Shown here piece by piece: positions 55,401 through 64,000 of a DNA stretch of 64,000 bases (its first letter is position 1; each line of letters begins with the position of its first letter). The stretch spans positions 28,210,001-28,274,000 of the forward strand of contig OX597824.1 of the NCBI GenBank assembly GCA_951406725.2, in the 5' to 3' direction. A model generated the notes under the pieces. The model had not been told where the DNA came from. It worked only from the letters and a program-made list of their open reading frames with translations, and ran no database searches. The position numbers and the translations under genes are program-made. Source of the stretch: Octopus vulgaris (lineage: Eukaryota).

Positions 55401-56536
55401 TATTGATATTGGCATAATCGTTTGAATGTAATGAGCGATGGTTTGTTGCTTGAAAATTAATTATACTCGACACATGGTAAAAAGCAAAAGTTGCATAAAA
55501 AATAAAAAAACATTCCATGTTGAAATTGAAGACACTCGGTACATTTATATTAGAGACACTCTACTTATTGAATTGTAAAGATTATTAGCTTTTCTTGTAA
55601 AAACAAACAATTCATAAACACACAAATTTTCGAACTTACTGATGCGTTTACGGAAAGAGAGAAAGGTGAAAGCGAGCGAAAAGGAAGTGGTGTGAGGCAA
55701 ATTTAATTTCAGTAGCTTGAAAATAAATAATTACATAAAGAAATGTTAATTAACACTTTTATAAATGATAGTAATGAATCCAAAGTTTATTTAACTGTAA
55801 CATTCGACAATTTATTCTAAATAACTCATCGATGTTGAGTTGGCGTAGGCGGAAAATTTCATTTAAAAAATTTTTAGAAATAATTTGATGAACAAATAAT
55901 GTAAAACATTCTTATCCGTGCAAATACCGAAAATTATCTCGTATTCTTGGGATATAATACCAGGGATGAGCAGTTTAAGACTAAATTGCAGTAAGTTACA
56001 AAAAAGGAATTATGTGGGGCGATTCGGTTTCATTCTGCCTTCTTTTAATTATATCTCATTGCTAAACAAAACCATGAAAGATGTTGTTTTGTCCTTCGTC
56101 TGTTATTAATTACAAATATGTAGCTATCATTCAAGTGTGGGCCATGTATCTATATGTTATCTTGTTTTGACATATACATTGGTAAAACTCCTTCAAATCA
56201 GACTAGTCTCCCAGAAAAAAAAGGCATATATGAGTGGCTAAGAAGCTCCGTTTGGTAACAGAGTACCAGGTTTAAGCAAGTACTGGGATCGAATCGTTCG
56301 ACTAAACTTCAAGGCTCAGTGGCTCAGTATAGTGACAGCCAAATGAAAGAAACATGTAAACAATAAAAGAGTATATATATATATATAATTTAAATATAGG
56401 ATAAGATATTTATAAGAATTTATCAAGTAGTTAGCATGAAAAACCTCATAAGGGGAAAATTTATTATTAATTCCCTATAAATGAATTTATGTATAGTAAT
56501 GTATCTATCTATATATATATATATATAGATAGATAC

Positions 56537-56612
<76 letters not shown>

Positions 56613-56853
56613 GTAGACACAGAGAGAGGGGGCGGAAAACCCATATAAACAGGTATATCTACATGGGAGTTCAGAAGCATACCTACCTATACATTTATTA
56701 ATATATATGTATGTATATATACATATGTATATGTAAATATACATATATATATATATGTATGTATGTATAGATACATATGTATATGTAAATATATATATAT
56801 ATGTATGTATGTATGTATATATACATATGCATATATATATATATATATATATA

Positions 56854-56884
<31 letters not shown>

Positions 56885-58016
56885 ATGTTTATATATATAT
56901 ATATATATATATACACTCTAATAATCTCGAGTTCTTTTACGTTATTTGCCATCTATCAAAGAAGAATTGAATGAGAGAGAGAGAAACAGAGACAGAGACT
57001 TAGAAAAGAAGTTTTTGAATATAGACATATGTATAGATACACCAGAGATTGACATTGCATCTTCTAGTTAATTATGTCACGTTTAGCAATTACTGAGATA
57101 AGTAAGAAAGTTACATTTAGTCGAAGTAACAACAATACGTTGACCATTCAGCGGTCATCCATGTTCAGTAGCGACGGTTTCCGATTTACTCTCCCTTTCT
57201 AAGAATGTTTATAAAGAAAGTCAGTATACTTTGTGATATTTAGGGCAGCATTTTATTGCACATATATCAGTAATGTCAGACATTTTGTAGGGAAGCTACC
57301 GCCGCCAATCTTAACTGGGAAATAAAACGTGTAAAAAGCGGGTCGCTGTAGTCGACGTCATCATCGTTATTATCATCGCGGTTTTTCATTAAGATCTGTA
57401 GAGCTTTTTATTGAAACCACGTACTTCTATAGGATAATACAATACCGAACACCAGGGGTGTAACAAATAAAGAGAGAAAGAAAATCGTGTAGAATTGAAT
57501 TAGTTTACATCAGGCATCAATATAATGAGCGTCCACATTATATGTTTGCCATCAAACAGAATATTATTTAAGAAACTCTTTTAACGTAGAAGTCAATGGT
57601 CATGCACTTAGCAACATGTAGAAATGTTTGTTAAAATGAACCTTGTGAATGAAATGTCACTGACCAATTTTAAATATCTAGAGAATTACGTGTGGTTGAA
57701 AGGGGCGTTACAGTTGGTAATCTTCCATAGAATAACTAGATGTGACATTATTCATGCTAACGCACACACACACGCACACACACACACACACACACAAGCA
57801 CGGGTACACACATATACATATATTTGTACACATACAAATCGTATTATATTCACATCTGTATTCAGAGTTCAAGTTTCGTGCCGGCTTGATTCTGTCCTTA
57901 ATCCCTCCTGGGGTCGATAAAAGACGTACCATTTGAAGAATGGGGAGAAAGTGTTACCCAAAATTGTTACCCAAAACTGCTGGCCGCGTGCCAACATTTC
58001 ATAGCCTCATAAATAT

Positions 58017-58058
<42 letters not shown>

Positions 58059-58084
58059 AAGTTTATATTTATGCTTGTATATCT

Positions 58085-58290
58085 TTGTGTCTGTTTGTCT
58101 CCTCACCATCGCTTGACAATCAATATTGGTTTGTTTACATCCCCATAACTTAGCGGTCTGGCAAAGTGAGATGAAGGAATAAGTACTAAGCTTACAAATA
58201 ATAAGTCCTGGGATCGATTTCTTCAACTGAAAAATCCCTTAGGTCGATGCTCCAGTATGTACGCAGTCAACCAATAGAAACAAGTAAAAT
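58085..58290 (+). mobile_element. SINE family B 3' half
   Basis: Aligns with 8375-8570. Confidence 0.75.
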
Positions 58291-58527
58291 ATTGAAACAA
58301 TATGATTTATGGAAATGTACATATTGTTGCGTACGTACGTATAGATCCGTGCGTGAGCTGAAATGAAATAAAGAAAATTGGGTTACTGCTGAACAAATAC
58401 ACAAAGCAGATCGATTTTCGTTTTCCATTTCGCAATACCATCATTGAAGGAATGGTGATTATTTTATAGAACAGAATTATGGGTCCAAGGAAGGGACTAA
58501 TGATCTGTAGATAGAAGGCAATTTCTA

Positions 58528-59787
58528 TCAGGTCATCCCATAAGTTCGGTCCGATTTCACCTTTTTAAAAATTGAATGAAATTTAATAGGATTTTAGGAT
58601 GTCTAAAGGAATTCAAAATTATTTTTATGCATTGGTGTACATTTAATCTAGTTAAATATTATTTTACAGAATAATAGAATTAAAATTTCGTTGATTAAAA
58701 CCCTTTCTAACATGGAAGCATCCTTAAGTGCAAAAAAGGAAATTCTGCAGCCGAAGCGATTCGAAACTTACACTCAGTTTATGGGAAAGAATGCTTGAAT
58801 GAAAGCACTTGCAGAGGATGGTCTGCAAAATTCAAAAGTGTAGATTTCAGCCTTGAAGATGAAGCGCGAATAGGACATCCATTTGAGTTTGCTGATAACC
58901 TCCTTGAGGCATTACTTGTAGAAAATCCTGCATTATCAGTAGAAGAATTGGCTATAGAGCTTACTTCAAACCATACAACTGTTCATCGTCATCTTCAACA
59001 ACTTGGAAAGGTTCCTAAACTTGGGAAATTGGTGCCTCATAAATTGTCCGAAAGCAACCGCCAATCACTAGTTGACATCTGCTCTTTTTTCCATTCTCGC
59101 GAAAACATTTCACCGTTTTTGGTTAGACTCGTGACTGGTGACAAAAAATGGATCTTCTATCGAAATGTTAAACGTTGCAAACAATGGCTTGGTAAAAGGG
59201 AAAAAGCTCAACCACAAACGAAAAGGGAACTTCATGGAAAAAAGGTTCTTCTCTCTATCTGGTGGAATTGCAAAGGAGTAATTCCCTTTGAATTGTTACT
59301 ACCTAATGCAACAATCAATGTTCAAGTCTACTGTCAGCAATTAGAGCATTTGAACCAAGGTTTGAAGAAAAAAAACCCAGCTTTAGTGAATCAAAGAGAA
59401 GTGTTATTTCATCAGGACAATGCGCGACCCCACACTGCAAAGATCACATCACAGAAGATCGAAGAGCTTGGTTGGGAAAAAATTCCTCCTCCACCTTATT
59501 CTCCCGACCTTACTCCTTCAGACTACCATTTGTTTCGTAGTTTACAGAATCATTTGGGGGACATAATTTTCGCAAGCCAGGAGGAGGTCGAAACTGACAT
59601 TTCAGAGTTCTTCGCTTTGAAACCAAAAGAGTTTTACATTGATGGGATTAAAAAGCTTGTAAATAGATGTAAGGAAGTTATAGATAATCATGAAAACCAC
59701 ATTGATGATTAAATTTCAAATAAGTATAACATTTGATCACTTGTTTTCTGTATTCAAAATTCGTGCAGAACTTATGGCATGACCCGA
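58528..59787 (+). mobile_element. Near full-length mariner (1260 bp)
   Basis: TA flanks (58526-27, 59788-89); ~30-bp imperfect TIRs TCAGGTCATCCCATAAGTTC / GAACTTATGGCATGACCCGA. Confidence 0.95.
58712..59712 (+). pseudogene. Mariner DD34D transposase; long open frame but ATG (58712) out of frame
   Basis: ORF 58795-59712: LVPHKL (WVPHEL), VTGDKKW, HQDNARPH, YSPDLTPSDYHLF; frame extends upstream as KKGNSAAEAIRNL with no in-frame ATG. Confidence 0.9.
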
Positions 59788-59839
59788 TACATAAACATTT
59801 TGGGAACAGAATAAAGTAAATGAAGGGCATATTATCATC

Positions 59840-59959
<120 letters not shown>

Positions 59960-60402
59960 GACACACACTCATAAACACATACAAACATACACACACACAC
60001 CTATGGTGGATTCTCCCGTCCGTTTCGGCGTATGAAGACCTAGCATGCTACATTTTCTTTTGTCAGCGATAATACTTATGTCGAATATGAGATTTAACCC
60101 TCACCAACAATTTGCAAAGAAGCCCGCAAGGTGTTGTAAGTATGAGTATTACAGATCAGTGCAGGCGGTATCTTTGCAGCCTCTTTTCCCGTTTTCCTTG
60201 CTTCTTGTTAATGCTTGTTGAAACAAAGTCTTTTATACCATTTTGACAGACGATTTCCATTTTGTTCCGTCTAAGGTGGTTCAAAGCTGTTACGAGTTAT
60301 ATTGACTGCCGAGATTTTACTCATCCGCTTGTCATTTTATCAGCCATGAGTCGTCAACAGCCATGCAACAATATGTGCATATGTATATATATATATATAT
60401 AC

Positions 60403-60705
60403 GAGCTTACGATCGTGAGGTTGTGAGCTCGAATCCCGGACCGGGCTGCGTGTTGTGTTCTTGAGCAAGGCACTTTATTTCACGTTGCTCCAGTTCACTC
60501 AACTGTAGAAATGAGTTGCGACGTCACTGGTGCCAAGCTGTATCGACCTTTGTCTTTCCCTTGGATAACACTGGTGGCGTGGAGAGGGGAGGCTGGTATG
60601 CATGGGCGACTGCTGGTCTTCCATAAACAACCTTGCCCGGACTTGTGTCTAGGAGGGTAACTTTCTAGGTGCAATCCCATGGTCATTCATGACCGAAGGT
60701 CTTTA
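60403..60705 (+). mobile_element. tRNA-derived SINE family D, 5'-truncated
   Basis: B-box-like GCTCGAATCCC, then GTGTTCTTGAGCAAGGCACTTTA; tail shared with 33628-33676. Confidence 0.75.
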
Positions 60706-60706
60706 C

Positions 60707-60780
<74 letters not shown>

Positions 60781-60809
60781 GCGTGTGTGTGTGGCTGTGT
60801 ATGTGCGTA

Positions 60810-61351
60810 TGTGTCTCTCTCTTTGTGTGCGTTTATGTTTGTATTTGTCCTCCACCACCGCTTGAAAACCGGTGGTGCTTACGTGCCCGTAACATAGTGG
60901 CTCGGCAAAGGAGTCCGATAGAACAAGGACTAGGCTTCAAATAATAAGTCCTAGGGTCGTTTTGTTCTACTAAAACCCTTGAAAGTGTTGCCCCAGTATG
61001 ATGGCCGCAGTTAAATGGCTACTAAAAGGAGAGAATGAATGAATACATATATATATGTGTGTGTGTGTGTGTGTTTGTATGTATATATAATTAAGGGTAG
61101 ACGGGGAGATAGAGCGTAACACAGAGCCTGACAAGGCTGGCCCTTTGAAATACAGAATACAGGTACAACAGAAACAGGGAGAAAGAGTGAGAGAAAGAGT
61201 ACAGCAGCGTTCGCCACCCACCCCACTGCCGGAGCAACGTGAAGCATTAGGTGTTTTCGCTCAATAAACACTCATAGCGCCCGGTCAGGGGATCGAAACC
61301 CCGATCCTACGGCCGCGCGTCCGCTGACCTAACCACCTGGCCAGTGCGCTT
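60810..61351. mobile_element. SINE B 3' half (plus, 60810-61030) and SINE C (minus, 61110-61351)
   Basis: Align with 8375-8570 and 6470-6647. Confidence 0.8.
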
Positions 61352-61728
61352 ACACATGTACGTATATATATGTATATGAAATGTATATATGTAAATGTAT
61401 ACGCATATGAAAACGGTTTTGTCTCATCAAAGATTTCTCTACATGATGTTTTCCTAATGTTCTTCAAGGAAGAAATTTTCAAAAGTAAGAGTGTTTGAAT
61501 ATTGATGATGTAAAATTTTAAATTTAATATTTGAATTTAAATATCTATGTTAAGAAAAAATATGATATAAAATGTTTTAAGATGACACAATCAAATGGAA
61601 GAATTAAACATAAACGCGTTAAAATCTACATTATATGAGTGTATAAACATTTGAATTAGAAAGGTTAGATTGTTTCTTTAAATGGTGGATTCTGCTTGCT
61701 ATGGTTTTAACGGCATAATGATCCATAC

Positions 61729-61772
<44 letters not shown>

Positions 61773-61912
61773 GTGTCTGTGTATTTATTATGTATTATGC
61801 CGTTATATATAGTGTGTGTTGGTGTGCGTGTATATTTTTGTGTGTGCGAGTGTGCGTATTTATGCGTGTATGTATATATATATTTGTATCTATATATGTA
61901 TGTATGCACACA

Positions 61913-61948
<36 letters not shown>

Positions 61949-61997
61949 AATATATATATACATTCATATTACTGGATTTATCAAGTCATGGGTATAG

Positions 61998-62032
<35 letters not shown>

Positions 62033-62108
62033 TATATTTATACATACATACATATATATATGTACATCCATATATACACACATATATGTGTTTGTGTGTG
62101 TAGCTTAC

Positions 62109-62240
<132 letters not shown>

Positions 62241-64000
62241 TTATTTTATGATTGAGTATTATTATGAATGGAGCGAATGAATAAATAATGCCAGCTGTTA
62301 TGATTAAATGAGGTTAATATCAACTGTAGTTAAGAATTTCAGCTACATAAAAACATGCTTTTAAATGCGGGTGGAGTTAAAGAACATTAAAGTGTTAATG
62401 CATAATGCATCAAGCAATTTAATCTCACCTGCTGTGACTTTTCGATCTTAAATACATTTGACATTGCTCTTGCCACACACAGACAAGCGAACAGAAACAC
62501 TCCGGAGAAAGATACGCAATGCAGAACACATAGTGGTATATAATTATATCTATGTATAATTTTGAATCTGTGAATTTTGAATGTATATTAATGTGTACAA
62601 ATGTGTATGTATTTGTGTCTTTGTTTGTATCTGAAAGCATGACTGCGTATGATAGTGTCATAATATAGACCTGTCGTAGATGTAAACGCATATAATTATA
62701 CGTGTACAAATATGCACACACGGATACGTATAGTGTACACATGTAGATACAATTATATTTTTGTGTAATTTTGCATCTGTAAATTATGAATGCATAGTTA
62801 TGTGGTGCGTTTTTCTACGTATATGTACGATGGTGTCTATAAGTGTATGCATACCTCTGTCTATTAGGATAGCAATATACCTCAGATGGATTAAACAGCT
62901 ATATATTTGTTCATATGCTATACTTCGCTTTAGTGAAGTCATTTAACCATAAACTATTGCAGTTGACCGATTTTACCCTCTAGTCTTTTACTCGTCAGAT
63001 AATCTGGGCGATCTTATTTTCGAAATAACTTAGCTACTGTTGTTTCTGTTTTGTGTTTGTCTTCTTTATTTCGCTTTACTTTTCTTCCATGCGTTTTCTT
63101 TCGTTTTCCATTTTCTGCTTTTCCTTTCTTAACTATGGTGAATTGGCCTTCGACGTTACTTTGAAAGCTAATGTCTTTAACGCCTTTTCTTCTATATCTA
63201 TCGTTTAACAGTCACTTGATATTACAATGATTCAATAACCCGTCCTCTCGGTAAAGCACACCCTTAAATCCTTGAAAACAAATGTATACATTTTTCGTGT
63301 AGTACGGCCGGTGTATGCAAAGTTTCGACAACCAATAATCGCATTGAAAGAATTGTTAATTCATAAATTATTTTAATACTTAAAAGCTATTTTCAGGCGG
63401 ACGTAATAATTTCAGTTTTATTTTTGCGTTGCTGGTAATAGATTCCGTTTAATAGAATGCTGTTTTTGAGCACAGGTTAACTTACCGATATCTTCTAATC
63501 TCAAAAGTAGCACTGCAAATCTTTGAATAAATTTTGAAGAAGACGCCTTGGTCGATTTGTTCATTTCCAATATTCCTTCGAGAGATGTAAGTTTTAAGAC
63601 TATTTCAGGTAGCATGCTACTTTATCAAGATTCATTTGCTGATTCTCCCTGCATTAGTTTCATTATTATTGAGATGTGCTGTAAATACGCCTTCTGATCT
63701 ATGCAAGTAAAGTAAGGGTTTTGAGCGGTAAAGTTACCATACGTTCATTAGGGAGTTGGTTGAATTCATCTTCTCTGATAAAATCAGTCAGTTTTCCGGC
63801 ATTTACTTTGAGTGGACTTAACATAAATGTTACACAAAACGTATAATCTACTTAAAATATGTCCCTTCTATATCAGAGAATTATATCAAATTATAACAAC
63901 ACACACACACACACATACATACACACACAAACACATACAAACACACACACATACAAAAACATGCACACACAAATACACATACATACACACATGTGTAACC

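Noticed and set aside
63418-63700. Possible minus-strand exon (GTAAGT donor near 63486, acceptor-like site near 63700)
   Set aside because: All three frames from the acceptor hit stops; no recognisable domain

Overview
AT-rich, microsatellite-saturated eukaryotic non-coding DNA (intergenic or a very large intron). No host protein-coding exon, rRNA, true tRNA or CRISPR array could be supported. The tRNA-derived SINE families and (TA)n/(TAGA)n/(TAA)n density match my recollection of octopus genomes; that taxonomy is inference. Nearly all listed ORFs are translations of simple repeats or SINEs. Real coding remnants are transposon-derived: a near full-length DD34D mariner (58528-59787), deleted mariner and maT-like elements, a decayed CR1-type LINE and a probable R4/Dong-type remnant. 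The most striking signal, invisible in the ORF track, is about 14 type I hammerhead-ribozyme (HHR) motifs (9 near-canonical, 5 decayed). They lie in several apparently unrelated short non-coding elements inserted in (TA)n tracts. Those elements repeatedly show a partial tandem duplication and/or an inverted segment, as in Penelope-like elements and retrozymes, and they cluster at 28.1-32.4 kb. Three families carry a CCGANGA (U4C) core variant. All alignments and folds were done by eye.
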